DNA of 57,953 nucleotides, the filler included, from Basidiobolus meristosporus CBS 931.73 (lineage: Eukaryota; Fungi; Basidiobolomycota): assembly GCA_002104905.1 (NCBI GenBank). It is 3 parts of 3 records of this genome, joined end to end, with 100 filler letters (N's around TTAATTAATTAA, not from the genome) between each part and the next. Parts side by side here need not be neighbours in the genome. Positions count along the whole stretch, not along the records: positions 1 to 28,710 come from MCFE01000878.1; positions 28,811 to 45,046 come from MCFE01001128.1; 1 more part is not named here. One strand, written 5' to 3'. Shown piece after piece: positions 26,187 to 37,677 of this stretch. The translations under genes were made by a program, and so were the position numbers. Every line of letters begins with the position of its first letter. Positions within the stretch are counted from its first letter, which is position 1. Under the pieces are notes generated by a model. That model was given only the letters and a program-made list of their open reading frames with translations. It had not been told where the DNA came from and did not search any database.

Positions 26187-27835
26187 TGTTACAAGTCTTG
26201 GTATAAGAGTTGTAGAGGAATAGGGAGTTTAGCTAGTATTGTATTCACTAAAACTTGAACTGATTTTTATTGAGGTTCCAGCAGCTCCTTATATACATTT
26301 TGCCAGATCAATTAATGACTAATTGTATTTCCTAATGTAGGTTGTGGCTGATGACTCATATGATTGCATCATCATCCCCTAATAAAATTCTACTTAATAT
26401 ATCTATTTCTGTCTGATAAGGATCTGCTGATTCATTTGCTGACTAATGCTACTGATTTGATAGATAACACTGATATATTGATAGGCTAAACATACAACTA
26501 ATTGATTTGAATAAAAACTGATCTAACTTAAACATTCAAGCGGCAGATCATAGCTGTCTCCCCTACTAAAGTTGGGAGGGTTCTCCTCAATCTCTTTTCT
26601 TATGATACCAATATCTTAATGGTAAGGTATTGTTGGCAAGTCTTGCAAACTTGAGTCTGTCTCTATGAACTAAATCTTCCCAGATATTCCCTTGTTTGTC
26701 CACTAGTTGGTAAGTTGCAAATGGACATTCTCTGATGATCTTAAAGGTCCTGTCCATTGTGATTCAAGCTTCTTCCAAGTATTGTTTCTCAGCAATACAA
26801 AGTTCACATCTGTTAATGATTCTGGTGATGCAGTCTTATCAAATCACTGCTTCACTTTTCTGCATTTTGAGATACTTTGGTCTGTGTCTCTTGCCATCTT
26901 TGTTCCAGCTGCTGGTGTCTACTTGGCTGACTGAGTTTATCTTCTAAGGTGTCTGTAGGCTTTGGTTGTGTGAGATCTCCTGAAATCCTTGGTTCACATC
27001 CATTCACTAAGTAAAGTGGTGATTGCTGGGTGGTGTTGTGTACTCAACCTCTGCCTGCAAAGAGTGCTTGGTCTATATACTCATCCCATCTACTGACAGC
27101 TCCATATGCATACTTGGCCAGTATTTCCCCAAATAATACATTAAACTGTTCAGTGACTCCATTAGCTCTGGGGTGATATGCCAAGGTAGTCAAGTGTCTG
27201 AAGTGCTGCATATCCAGGTTAGCTTCCAATGTCTTTGCCATAAAGTTTGCTCCTCTATTGTATAGGATCTCAACAGGGCATTCAAACTTCATATTGCTCT
27301 CATGGTAGATAGAACTTGCAACTTCTTGCTTACTGACTACAGGTACTGCTTTAGCCACTGGCCACTTAGTGGCATGGTCAATTGCTACCAGCATCCAAGG
27401 ATTGCATTTACTGGTAGTTGGCAGTCTTCCAATAAAGTCAATCCCCCATCTTTCAAATAGTCTTACAGGCTATAAGGGCAAGAGTTCAGCAATTCTTTGT
27501 GGTTGGCCTTGGTTGATATGCCAATTTGGGCATGCTTACACTAGTTTCTCAACCTTGTGCTTCATTCTGAGCCACCAAGCTCTGGCTTTCACAAAACTAT
27601 AGGTTCCTTCAAATCCAAGATGTCCATATCCATTGTGTAGCTTATTATTAAATCCAGGCAAGCAACACAAGGACAATAGGCAATAGGGCTTCCATCAGCA
27701 ATTCAGCAGTGTTCATCTGGTACCACAAATTTGCTGGCTTCATCCTGCATTATCTTCTTGATCTCTTTGTCCACTTCATTAGGAATGGCTTGGTACTCCA
27801 AGGTCTTTGGTAACAGGCTAGGCCAATCTGATTCA
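26187..27835 (-). mobile_element. Family A copy 4: 3' LTR (26187-26555) and decayed integrase, truncated by a Copia LTR
   Basis: LTR similarity to 28825-29192; ORF 27044-27394 [16 protein letters not shown]. Confidence 0.93.
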
Positions 27836-28710
27836 TGTTGTAAGAGTCTTGGAGATATTGGAAGTGATTGGGAGAACAAGTAGATAATGCGGCTTTCACT
27901 TAATGATTTATTGAATGTAAAAGTAGTATTTATACTTTTACCAGGTCTTGGCATTGCAAACACATTGAATAGGTTAATGAAGGTCCCAAGAACATGTGTG
28001 CAAGGTTTGGGGCTGTTTGGACAACTTTGTGAATTTTCATGTTCTGGGTACCTAGTATTTTGGTGAAAATATTCTAAGTAAATCCCAACAAGAAATTTGG
28101 TCAGTATTCTAGAGGATTTAAAGGTGATGATCTAAGTGACTAAGTTAGGTGAATATTTAGGTGGAAATACAAGTTTTTACAACACTCCCACTCAGCCAAA
28201 TGTTCATACTGACTAGTCCTAATTTTGCCCTAAGATATTCAAACTTGTCTCTAGCTAATGGTTTGGTAAATATGTCTGCAATCATTTCATCTGTAGGACA
28301 GTAAACTAAGCTAGCTAAGCTATTCTCTATAGCTTCACATATGAAATGATGTCTAATATCTATGTGCTTGGTTCTAGCATGAAAATTTGGATTTCTACCT
28401 AATTGTTTACATCCTTAATTATCTTGAAATAAAGTAATAGGTGTTTTTTGACATAGGCCTAAATCTGTGAAAAGTTTTCTTAGCCGCATTGCTTCTTTTA
28501 TAGCTTCACAGGCTGCCATATACTCTGCCTCTGTGGTGGAAAGTGCTACAGTTGGTTCCTTTCCTGAATTCCATGAAATTGCTCCTTTACAGTAAAGAAA
28601 GGTGTATCCTGTGGTAAATCTTCTGTCTTCCAAATTTTGTCCCCAATCAGCATCAGAGTATCCCACAATATCATGTTCTGAATCCTTATAAGTGTATCTG
28701 AAGCAGATAT
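27836..28710 (-). mobile_element. 3' end of a Ty1/Copia element: RNase H, PPT (28185-28192) and 349-bp 3' LTR (27836-28184); runs into the gap
   Basis: GYSDADWG...VALSTTEAEY (RNase_HI_RT_Ty1-like); AGTGGGAG before the LTR; TGTTGTAA...TTACAACA termini. Confidence 0.95.
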
Positions 28711-28810
28711 NNNNNNNNNNNNNNNNNNNNNNNNNNNNNNNNNNNNNNNNNNNNTTAATTAATTAANNNNNNNNNNNNNNNNNNNNNNNNNNNNNNNNNN
28801 NNNNNNNNNN
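28711..28810. other. Artificial assembly spacer
   Basis: 44 N + TTAATTAATTAA + 44 N; stops in all six frames. Confidence 0.98.
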
Positions 28811-28824
28811 CTAGATGAATGGGT

Positions 28825-31565
28825 TGTTACAAGTCTTGGTATAAGAGTTGTAGAGGAATAGGGAGTTTAGCTAGTATTGTATTCACTAAAACTTGAACTG
28901 ATTTTTATTGAGGTTCCAGCAGCTCCTTATATACATTTTGCCAGATCAATTGCTGACTAATTGTATTTCCTAATGTAGGTTGTGGCTGATGACTCATTTG
29001 ATTGCATCATCATCACCCAATAAGATCCTACTTAATATATCTATTTCTGTCTGATAAGGATCTGCTGATTCATTTGCTGACTAATGCTACTGATTTCATA
29101 GATAATACTGATGTACTGATAACCTAAACATATACTAACTGATTTGACTAAAAACTGATCTAACTTAAACATTCAAGCGGCAGATCATAACATTCTCCCC
29201 TACTAAAGTTGAGAGGGTTCTCCTGAATCTCTTTTCTTGTGATACCAATATCTTGATGGTTCAGTATTATCAGCAAGTCTTGCAAGCTTGAGTCTGTCCC
29301 TATGCACTAAGTCTTCCCGGATATTGCCTTGTTTGTCCACCAGTTGGTAAGTTGCAAATGGACATTCTCTGATGATCTTGAATGGTCCTGTCCATTGTGG
29401 CTCAAACTTCTTCCGAGTGTTGTTTCTTAGCAATACAAAGTTCCCAACTGTCAATGCTTCTGGTGCTATAGTCTTATCAAATCTCTGCTTCATCTTTTCT
29501 GCACTTTGAGATACTTTGGTCTGTGCCTCTTGACGTCTTTGTTCCAGTTGCTGGTGTCTACTTGGCTGACTGAGTTCATCTTCTAAGGTGTCTGTAAGCT
29601 TTGGTTGTGTGAGATCTCCTGGAATCCTTGGTTCACATCCATAAACTAAGTAAAATGGTGATTGCTGGGTGGTGTTGTGTACTCTGACTCTGCATGCAAA
29701 GAGTGCTTGGTCTATATACTCATCCCATCTACTGACAACTCCATTTGCATACTTGGTCAGCATTTTTCCAAATAATCCATTAAACCGCTCAGTGACTCCA
29801 TTAGTTCTGGGGTGATATGCCGAGGTTTTCAAGTGTCTGATCTGCTGCATTTCCAGGTAAGCCTCTAATGTCTTTGCCATAAAGTTTGCACCTCTATCGG
29901 ATAAGATCTCCACAGGGCATCCAAACTTCATCAGGATCTCATGGTAAATGAAACTTGCAACTTCTTGTTCACTGGCTATTGGTACGGCTTTAGCAACTGG
30001 CCATTTAGTGGCATGGTCAATAGCTACTAGGATCCAACGGTTACATTTCCTGGTAGTTGGCAGTCTTCCAATAAAGTCAATTCCCCATCTCTCAAATGGT
30101 CTGACAGGCTCCAAAGGGAAGAGTTTGGCAATTCTTTGCGGCTGGCCCTGATTGATTTGGCAGTTTGGGCATGTTTTCACTAGCTTCTCAATATCTTGTT
30201 TCATTCTGGGCCACCATGCTCTGGCTTTCACAAGGCTATAGGTTCCTTCAATCCCAAGATGTCCATATCCATTGTGTAGCTTATGTATTAAATCCAGGCG
30301 AGCAACATAAGGACAATAGGCAATAGGGCTTCCATCAACAATTCGGTAGAGTGTTTCATCCTGTACAACAAATTTGCTGGCTTCATCCCGGATTATCTTC
30401 TTGATATCTTCATCCACCTCATTAGGAATGGCTTGGTCCTCCAAGTACTTTGGTAATAGGCTAGGCCAATCTGATTCATGCACCAAGTTGAGTTGTGCAA
30501 CTTGATCTAATCTTGATAAGGCATCAGCAACCGTGTTGTTTTTTCCAGGACAGTAGACAATCTCCAGGTCAAATTGCTGAATGTATTCACTCCATCTTGT
30601 CATTCTTCTAGAGAGTACCTTCTGAGTAAATATATACTTGAGGGAGGCATGATCAGTCTTCACAGTGCATTTGACTCCTTCAATATAGCATCTCCATGTC
30701 TTCAAACAGTGTATTATAGCAAGCATCTCCTTCTCATGAACTGGATAGTTTTGTTCTGCTGAGTTCAGTTTCTTGGATTCAAAGGCAACAGGGTAGTCCT
30801 TTCCCTCGTGTTCTTGGCTCAGCACTCCACCAATTGCATAATCTGAAGCATCTGTGCACAGAGTGAACTCTTTTCTGAAGTCTGGTATTCTTAAGCTTGG
30901 CAGCTTAGCAAGTTCATTCTTTAGTGTCTGGAAGGCAGTCTCACAAGCTATGTCCCACTTGTAGGTATTGTCTTTCTTGAGGATATCAGTTAAAGGGGCT
31001 GCAATACTTGCAAATGACTTGACAAATCTCCGATAATAGGAAACCATTCCAAGGAAGGATCTGAGTTCTGATATGCTATGGGGCTGCTTCAAATTCTTGA
31101 TTACTTCCACCTTCTTGGGGTCTAAGGTTACTCCTGTGCTAGTCACTATGTGTCCCAGATATTCTACGTGTTCCTTGAAGAATTCACACTTGGCTAGCTT
31201 GCCGTATAGCTTGTTCTCTCTTAGTTTCTTCAAGACCTTTTCAATGTGCACCATGTGATCCTTTTCTGTCTTGCTGTATATCAATATGTCATCCAGGTAG
31301 ATTATCACAAACTTGTCTAAGTACTCCTGAAAGACAGTCTGCATCAGCGTCATGAATGTTGCAGGGGCATTAGTGAGGCCAAAACTCATGACTAAGTACT
31401 CATAATGTCCATATCTGGTCCTGAATGCTGTCTTAGGGATATCTTCTGGTTTCACCCTAATCTGGTTGTATCCTGACATGAGGTCGATCTTGCTGAAAAT
31501 AGTGGCTCCATTAAGTTGGTCCAAAAGCTCATCAATCCGAGGTATGGGGTACTTATTCTTGACGG
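28825..31565 (-). mobile_element. Family A copy 3: 3' LTR (28825-29192), PPT and intact RT-RH-IN; 5' half replaced by element C
   Basis: Near-identical to copy 1; ends at the TG of the element C LTR. Confidence 0.97.
29203..31563 (-). CDS. 5'-truncated Pol (RT, RNase H, integrase) of family A copy 3, no internal stops
   Basis: ORF 29203-31614; its first 16 codons come from the element C LTR. Confidence 0.93.
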   Translation of the reverse strand, partial: VKNKYPIPRIDELLDQLNGATIFSKIDLMSGYNQIRVKPEDIPKTAFRTRYGHYEYLVMSFGLTNAPATFMTLMQTVFQEYLDKFVIIYLDDILIYSKTEKDHMVHIEKVLKKLRENKLYGKLAKCEFFKEHVEYLGHIVTSTGVTLDPKKVEVIKNLKQPHSISELRSFLGMVSYYRRFVKSFASIAAPLTDILKKDNTYKWDIACETAFQTLKNELAKLPSLRIPDFRKEFTLCTDASDYAIGGVLSQEHEGKDYPVAFESKKLNSAEQNYPVHEKEMLAIIHCLKTWRCYIEGVKCTVKTDHASLKYIFTQKVLSRRMTRWSEYIQQFDLEIVYCPGKNNTVADALSRLDQVAQLNLVHESDWPSLLPKYLEDQAIPNEVDEDIKKIIRDEASKFVVQDETLYRIVDGSPIAYCPYVARLDLIHKLHNGYGHLGIEGTYSLVKARAWWPRMKQDIEKLVKTCPNCQINQGQPQRIAKLFPLEPVRPFERWGIDFIGRLPTTRKCNRWILVAIDHATKWPVAKAVPIASEQEVASFIYHEILMKFGCPVEILSDRGANFMAKTLEAYLEMQQIRHLKTSAYHPRTNGVTERFNGLFGKMLTKYANGVVSRWDEYIDQALFACRVRVHNTTQQSPFYLVYGCEPRIPGDLTQPKLTDTLEDELSQPSRHQQLEQRRQEAQTKVSQSAEKMKQRFDKTIAPEALTVGNFVLLRNNTRKKFEPQWTGPFKIIRECPFATYQLVDKQGNIREDLVHRDRLKLARLADNTEPSRYWYHKKRDSGEPSQL

Positions 31566-32644
31566 TGTGGTGGTGTATAAGTCCAAAGGGCAAAATACGG
31601 CCAACACTTCTCAAGTGTGAATGTGTGTGGGGTGTTCACTGGGTGCGATAACCTCTGGCAAAAGCTTGCTAGGAATACTGGGTCTTTTATCTAATCTAAT
31701 GTGATGGGGGATAAAGCCTCAAGCTTGTCAAGGGAAAACTATTGAACTACAATCCCCAACTTAGTTGGCGTCTTAACAAAAGTTTATAATGGCTTTGACG
31801 TCCTTTGAGATGACAATGTACTAAAGCTTCCAAAGTCAAAACAACTGTAAACTCCACCAACAGGGACTTGATAAGAATGCAGCTTTGACCAATAGTTACA
31901 AAGACTGAAAAGTATCTTTGCCTGTACAAGAACAAACTTGGGAAAACAAACAATATAATAAAATATACCTACTCTGAGTATTCCTCACAAGTAGTGCCTC
32001 CAAGGTCAGTTGGCTGTCAGCGCGGTTTCCTGGGAGTATCGTCAGGTCTGAGTCAGAAAATAGTGGTAATAGGTAGCGGTGATCTCACTAATCAATAAGT
32101 TGGAATATTGGAAGAGGGATGATTTATTTTAAGGGATAGCCTCCCTTATATACTTTTTTGCTGCTCAATTTCTTGCTAGAAAATACTTTCCGGAAGTTTC
32201 CAGAAGGTAGTAGACAACCAATCATGTCTTTGTGTACTAAAAATAGCGCAAATTCTTGGCGGATTGTTCCATGAGACATAGTAGCACCTAGCCAATCAGG
32301 TAGTGGTAACATGAAACCTCTGTGTCATGTGGTTGCCTCTTATGGTAGTGAGATGGGGGGATTATGAAACCAAGATGGTCACGTGACATGGGCACTGTTG
32401 GGGTACTTGCCTTATAAGGTAACTCTCTTATCTTGGCATCTCGGCAAGGAATAAGAATAGCTTGTGCAATGGGTTAATAGTGACAAATAGTTTGTCAGGT
32501 TGCATAGTAATAATCACATAGACAAAAATAGGAAATATTGCAAATTTGGGATGATAATAATATAGGCGGGGTAAGCCTTTTTAGGGAAGTGAACGCATAA
32601 GAATGAGCACATCTGCCTGTGGGTGTCACCGTGACCCCACTACA
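31566..32644 (-). repeat. 3' LTR of element C
   Basis: TGTGGTGG...CCACTACA, direct repeat of 37678-38756. Confidence 0.97.
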
Positions 32645-32657
32645 TCCACCCCCCTCT
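32645..32657 (-). promoter_or_regulatory. Polypurine tract of element C
   Basis: Minus strand AGAGGGGGGTGGA abutting the 3' LTR. Confidence 0.88.
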
Positions 32658-32683
32658 CAGCTTTGAACTCAGGTCAAAGCAAA

Positions 32684-35600
32684 CTAAATGTGATGTGCGA
32701 AATTCCGGTGCTTGAATAGCTTAAGTCGGTTTCCTGCCACAGGTGCTCTTAGCGGTGTTCCATCAAGTTCAGACAGGTAGTAGCTTCCATTTCCAATCAC
32801 CTTAGAGACAATATATGGGCCAGACCACTTATTGTCAAATTTGCGGCTCCACTGCTTGTCTAAAGTGGAATCATAGAGCAGTACTGGATCTCCTTGCAGT
32901 AATGGCTTTGGTCTAAGGCTATGTGACTTGTCAAATGGTTCCTTGTTCTGAAGTCTTGTCTCTTTGAGTTTAGCAGCTGCTTGGGTAATATCAAGTTCAT
33001 GGTGATCAAGCTGTTTGATGCGTGTAGTCAGTAGTTCTTCTGTACTCATTGTAGTTCTCCACTCTAGCATGTTCCAGGATATTGAGTCAAGCTCTATGGG
33101 AAGAACGCAATCATGTCCGTAAAGCAATTTGAATGGAGATAGACCTGTGCTGCGCTTTGTAGTGATTCTATCTGCCCAGAGTGCTAGATGAAGTTGTGTA
33201 GGCCACTGTAGTGTCATGTTGTTGCAGCTCTTGACCAGGGAGTTAACTAACGGGCCATGGCCTCTTTCAACCATTCCATTGGCCTGTGGGTGATAAGCGG
33301 TAGTGAAAGCAATATGAATCTTGTATTGTGAGCAGAGTTCCTGGATCAAATTTGAGGTCATTTCTCCTCGGTCAGCAACAAACTGGCTGATGCAGCCAAA
33401 TCTGCATATTATATCTTCAAGAATAAATCTCCATATGGTGTGGCTTTTGTTATTGGGTAGGGCTCGAGCTTCTACCCACCCACTCAGATCATCTCTGGCA
33501 ACAACAAGGTACTTCTTGGTTCCAGCAGTTGGCATGTGGACCAGGTCAATGCCAACCTTCTGCCATAGACAAGGTGTGTAGGTTGGATGGAGCGGCTCCT
33601 CATATCTCTTGGTTGACCTTCTTTGGCAAATGTCACAAGATTCAACAAAGTGTTGGACATCATGATACATATGCTCCCAGTAGTATCTACTGGAAACAAC
33701 ATTGTAAGTGGCATCTCTGCCTCTATGACCACCGGGTCTTCCTTCATGAAGGCTTGACATAATAGTCAGTTGTTCCTGGGGCTCAACTATAACTCTTCTT
33801 GGTGTCTGTCCAGGCTTTACTCGTTTGAAGAGGAGGCCATCTTTTATGTAGAAATGATGGGCCTTCTTCCTGAGCTTTCTGAAATCATGTGGGCTCATTC
33901 CTGGTGGCTTCTCTAAGGTTCTCAGATAGTCTTGAATGGTGTTCCACGTAGAGTTGCTGGGCTTCTTCACGTGTAGTTGTCGGATTTCTGCATCAATTAT
34001 GTCATCAAAGTCAGGGTCCATATCTTCAGACAACTGTGGTCCCTTCCTGGAGAGTGCATCAGCCACAACATTTGTCTTGCCAGGGATATGTCTGACCTCA
34101 AAGTCAAACATTTTCAGCCATGCCATCCACCGATTTGTGGCATCATCAGGTAGATCAGGCTTGTTGATCATTCCTATAAGTGGTTTAGCATCTGTCTCCA
34201 GGATGAAATGTGTCATGTAGAGTTGTGACTTCAGCTTTCTCAGCATCTTCACAACTCCTAGTAGCTCTCTCTTAATCTGTGAGTATCTTTGTTCTCTAGG
34301 AGAGAAGAGGCAGCTCTCATATCTGCAGGCATAGCGGTTACCATCTTCATCATCTTGGCCAAGTAGTGCTCCAGCTCCTACAGGGCTTGCATCCACCGTC
34401 AAGATAGGTGGGCATTCAGTGTTCTGATAGTCAAGAGGTCTCAGAACTGGTGGAGATACTAAGGCCTCTTTTAGTAATTGCATGGCTTCTTCTTGCTCTT
34501 CTCCCCAGTTAAATGGGGCATTCTTTCTCTGTAGTCGGTAGATTGGTTCTGCTATCTCAGAAAATCTTGGGATCCAGATCCTAAAGAACCCACAAGCTGC
34601 CACAAAGCCACGAGCTTGTGTTAGATTTGTGGGGGTAGGCCAGTTGCATATCTTTTGTGTCTTGGAGTCTCCGGGTGAACGACCAAAGGTGTTGCATTTT
34701 TGTCCAACAATGGATATCTCTGATACACCAAAGCTGCTTTTCTCACCACTGATGGTGAGTCCAGCTTCTTCAATGGCTCCTAATATGGCATCATTGTCTG
34801 AAATATGGTCATAGACAAACTTTCTTACTCCAGGCATAACTTCAGTTGTGTCCCGGAGTTTTGGTCCTTTGATGCCTATGTCATCAACAAAGACAGCAAG
34901 TTTCTCAGGTATAAACCGGTAGAGCACATTTACCATGCACCTCTGGAACTGAGCCACGGAGTTTGTTGCCCCTTGGCTAAGTCTTGTCATTCTTAACAGT
35001 CCAAATGGAGTCTGGAGTGCAAACATATCTCTTGATGTCTCATCTAGGGGAATCTGGTCGTATCCTGAGTAGAGATCATATGTTGAGTAGATGGAGTGAC
35101 CACTAAAGCTTTCTGCAAAGTCATCAATAGACGGAGGTATTGCGGCATCTCTGATAGTGACAGCATTTGCAGGTTGCATGTCCTGAATGAATCGGAGCTT
35201 CCCATTCTTCTTTTTGGTCACAAACCATCTGTTAGCATAAGGTCCATGGCAAGGTTCTAGGATACCAGCCTCAATCTTCTTCTTAAGTAGGTCATGCACA
35301 TCAGCTTGGAGTCCTCTAGGCAGTGGGTAAGGTTTAAATGACCAGGGTGTGTGGGGCACTGTATGAATTTTGATAGGTTTTTCAACCGATGTCTTTAAGA
35401 GTCCCATCTCCTTGTCATTATATGAGAAAACCTTATCATGCCTTTTCAGGGTTTCTTCAAATAGTAAGATCTCCTCCGGTGTTAGGTTTCCATCACCAAT
35501 GATAAGTTGCTTAAGTCTCTCAGGTGTAAGTCGTATATCTTCTGGTGTTCCTTCTGGTGGTCTGATGTAATCAGCAGGTCGAGACCCATCAGTTAAAGGC

Positions 35601-37537
35601 GTAAGTGATGGTCTAATCTTCTGTTCCACTGTCTTGTATTTTGTGCGAACCATAGCTGTCTGCTCCTGTATACCTAATGAGTAGCTCCAACTGTTAGGGT
35701 GTATACTGTCAGGCTCCTCATCTTCTTCTATAACAAGATGTGTCTTCTGGCAAGCGGTATGTGTCCTCTTATTGTTGGGTGTTACCCCACAAAATGTTGA
35801 CTGTAGTCCTGGGTTGGATCCTTGTATAGTGTACCACACTGACCCATCAGAATAGTTGGTAGTTGTAGCCTTAGTACTGGTCTCCCATGGTCTGCCTAAC
35901 AGAAGGTCAAAGTTTGCCTTCTGGCAGATAAAGAGGGGAAGCCAGACCTTGATTCCTTGTACCTCAATAGGGAACTTGTGCACTACACCATAGAGTGGGC
36001 TAGACCCTGAGTTTGCATCAGTCATGTTCCATCCAATATCTCTATCAACAGGCAGTAGCTCCTTGCTTCTAAGTGTCTTCCAGAAGTCTAGCGGCATAAC
36101 ACAAATCTCTGAACCACTGTCAATATGGCAGTCAACAGGGTCATCATATATATACCCTTTCACCACAGCAGTTGCAACTGAGTAAAAGGTCTTGTATTTG
36201 GTAGCGGTGTCATCCTTTTTGTGGTCTTCATGGTTTGTCTGGATTATATGGGTGTCCATATGTTCAACAGCTTGTCTTCTTGTTCTAAGCTGCTCATCAA
36301 AGGTCTTCCTAACAGACGGTGATACACTCATGATTTCTCCAACTGACAAAGTGAGGTTCTGCTTCAGTAGTTTCTCAGTAATCAATTGGGGGCTTGAGTA
36401 GCCAGCTATCTTTGAGGTCATCTGAAAGTGAGGTAATGGGTCTTGAGTAGGCAGTGTTCCAGGCCTCTTGTCAATAATAACCTCAGGCTCTTCAAATCGT
36501 GGTCTTCTAAGGATGGGTTTGACAGGTTCTTCAGGAAGGTGTCTCTTAGTAGCAAAGGTGTCTACTTCGTATTTTCTGTTGTCAGGGCTGTTTGGACTCA
36601 CTGTATGAGTCTCAATAGGGGCATCAATAGTAATCTTTCTAGTTGCTGAGTCAGACTTCTGGAAAAGGGCTCTCATTCCGCCTCTTCGGAAATTAGTGGG
36701 AATCCTTTTTCCTTCCTTATCAGCAAGCATTCCATCAGCATCAAACTGTACTGTTCCTTCTCTAAGTAGCTGGCTAAGCTCTGAGCATTCACGTCTGGCA
36801 TGCTGAGTAGAGTCACACCAAATGCAGTGTCTAGGCAAAGCTCTTTGGCCCTCAGTAGCTACCTCAGCTGAGCCGTTAACCTTGAGGGCTAGCTTTTGTA
36901 GCTGTTCAGCAAGTTGGTCAATTCTGTCGGTAGTGTAGGTCTGATTGTCAGCAACAGCACTCTTTAGCTCCTTGGTTGGCTGGTCTGGCAGATTAGATGT
37001 CAAGAGTCTCATAAAGGTAGAAGTTTGCTTTGCCTCTAGGAGTACACGTTTCATCTCTGCAAAGCAAGGAATGCCAGACTTGTCATCCTTGGCTGCATGT
37101 AGGTCAACTTTCCTTGCCAACTCCTGGGGAAGCCCTTGTGCAAGGTAAAGTGTCATGGTAAACTCAGTTATTGCCTGGGACTCTAGGAGTGGCTTGGCCA
37201 TATCTTCATATTGTTGAATGAACTCTTCAAGTGGTAGCTTGGAGAGTCCCATCCTTCCAAAGTGTCTGAGGTCCTCAATTCCATAGTATATCTGGGGTCT
37301 GCCATACTCGGTCTGAAGGTAGGTCTTCATTAAGGTCCAGTCAGTCAGAATGTCTCCTTGTCTGAGAAGCTTAGTAGTAATATCATCGGTGCAGTAGTAG
37401 GGGAAGTCTTCAGCCATTTCTTGTTCAGATAGGCTGCACATCTTGCAGAGCTTCTCCCATTTGTATATGAAGCTCTCCACATTCTTTCCATCAAACTGTG
37501 GGGCTCCATGTGAGAGTGGTAACGGCATAGAGTTCAT
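32684..37537 (-). CDS. Gag-Pol polyprotein of element C (1617 aa)
   Basis: CIWCDSTQHARREC knuckle, IDSGSE protease, FVDD RT, TVDAS RNase H, H...H...CDIC zinc finger, GIDL/ADRG/MVER integrase, GPY motif. Confidence 0.97.
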   Translation of the reverse strand: MNSMPLPLSHGAPQFDGKNVESFIYKWEKLCKMCSLSEQEMAEDFPYYCTDDITTKLLRQGDILTDWTLMKTYLQTEYGRPQIYYGIEDLRHFGRMGLSKLPLEEFIQQYEDMAKPLLESQAITEFTMTLYLAQGLPQELARKVDLHAAKDDKSGIPCFAEMKRVLLEAKQTSTFMRLLTSNLPDQPTKELKSAVADNQTYTTDRIDQLAEQLQKLALKVNGSAEVATEGQRALPRHCIWCDSTQHARRECSELSQLLREGTVQFDADGMLADKEGKRIPTNFRRGGMRALFQKSDSATRKITIDAPIETHTVSPNSPDNRKYEVDTFATKRHLPEEPVKPILRRPRFEEPEVIIDKRPGTLPTQDPLPHFQMTSKIAGYSSPQLITEKLLKQNLTLSVGEIMSVSPSVRKTFDEQLRTRRQAVEHMDTHIIQTNHEDHKKDDTATKYKTFYSVATAVVKGYIYDDPVDCHIDSGSEICVMPLDFWKTLRSKELLPVDRDIGWNMTDANSGSSPLYGVVHKFPIEVQGIKVWLPLFICQKANFDLLLGRPWETSTKATTTNYSDGSVWYTIQGSNPGLQSTFCGVTPNNKRTHTACQKTHLVIEEDEEPDSIHPNSWSYSLGIQEQTAMVRTKYKTVEQKIRPSLTPLTDGSRPADYIRPPEGTPEDIRLTPERLKQLIIGDGNLTPEEILLFEETLKRHDKVFSYNDKEMGLLKTSVEKPIKIHTVPHTPWSFKPYPLPRGLQADVHDLLKKKIEAGILEPCHGPYANRWFVTKKKNGKLRFIQDMQPANAVTIRDAAIPPSIDDFAESFSGHSIYSTYDLYSGYDQIPLDETSRDMFALQTPFGLLRMTRLSQGATNSVAQFQRCMVNVLYRFIPEKLAVFVDDIGIKGPKLRDTTEVMPGVRKFVYDHISDNDAILGAIEEAGLTISGEKSSFGVSEISIVGQKCNTFGRSPGDSKTQKICNWPTPTNLTQARGFVAACGFFRIWIPRFSEIAEPIYRLQRKNAPFNWGEEQEEAMQLLKEALVSPPVLRPLDYQNTECPPILTVDASPVGAGALLGQDDEDGNRYACRYESCLFSPREQRYSQIKRELLGVVKMLRKLKSQLYMTHFILETDAKPLIGMINKPDLPDDATNRWMAWLKMFDFEVRHIPGKTNVVADALSRKGPQLSEDMDPDFDDIIDAEIRQLHVKKPSNSTWNTIQDYLRTLEKPPGMSPHDFRKLRKKAHHFYIKDGLLFKRVKPGQTPRRVIVEPQEQLTIMSSLHEGRPGGHRGRDATYNVVSSRYYWEHMYHDVQHFVESCDICQRRSTKRYEEPLHPTYTPCLWQKVGIDLVHMPTAGTKKYLVVARDDLSGWVEARALPNNKSHTIWRFILEDIICRFGCISQFVADRGEMTSNLIQELCSQYKIHIAFTTAYHPQANGMVERGHGPLVNSLVKSCNNMTLQWPTQLHLALWADRITTKRSTGLSPFKLLYGHDCVLPIELDSISWNMLEWRTTMSTEELLTTRIKQLDHHELDITQAAAKLKETRLQNKEPFDKSHSLRPKPLLQGDPVLLYDSTLDKQWSRKFDNKWSGPYIVSKVIGNGSYYLSELDGTPLRAPVAGNRLKLFKHRNFAHHI

Positions 37538-37656
37538 TTTGGGTAGGTAGGTTGGTGTTGTAGTCTTGATAATATTGGTAGTCTTGTTTCAATAAATGGG
37601 TAACGGCTCAAATCTTCAGGTAAATCTTGTTGGGTCCTAGGGAGCTTGTATGAACC

Positions 37657-37673
37657 CCCCACGTTGGGTGCCA
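37657..37673 (-). promoter_or_regulatory. Primer-binding site, tRNA-Lys type
   Basis: TGGCACCCAACGTGGGG, 4 nt inside the 5' LTR; one change from the Lys1,2 PBS TGGCGCCCAACGTGGGG. Confidence 0.85.
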
Positions 37674-37677
37674 AATA

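Noticed and set aside
28755-28766. TTAATTAATTAA palindrome (also 45091-45102) as a biological site
   Set aside because: Centred in fixed-length N runs; a standard artificial linker
31564-31614. N-terminus MRSVGRILPFGLIHHH of ORF 29203-31614 as a novel fusion
   Set aside because: Chance open frame through the element C LTR end; no evidence of expression
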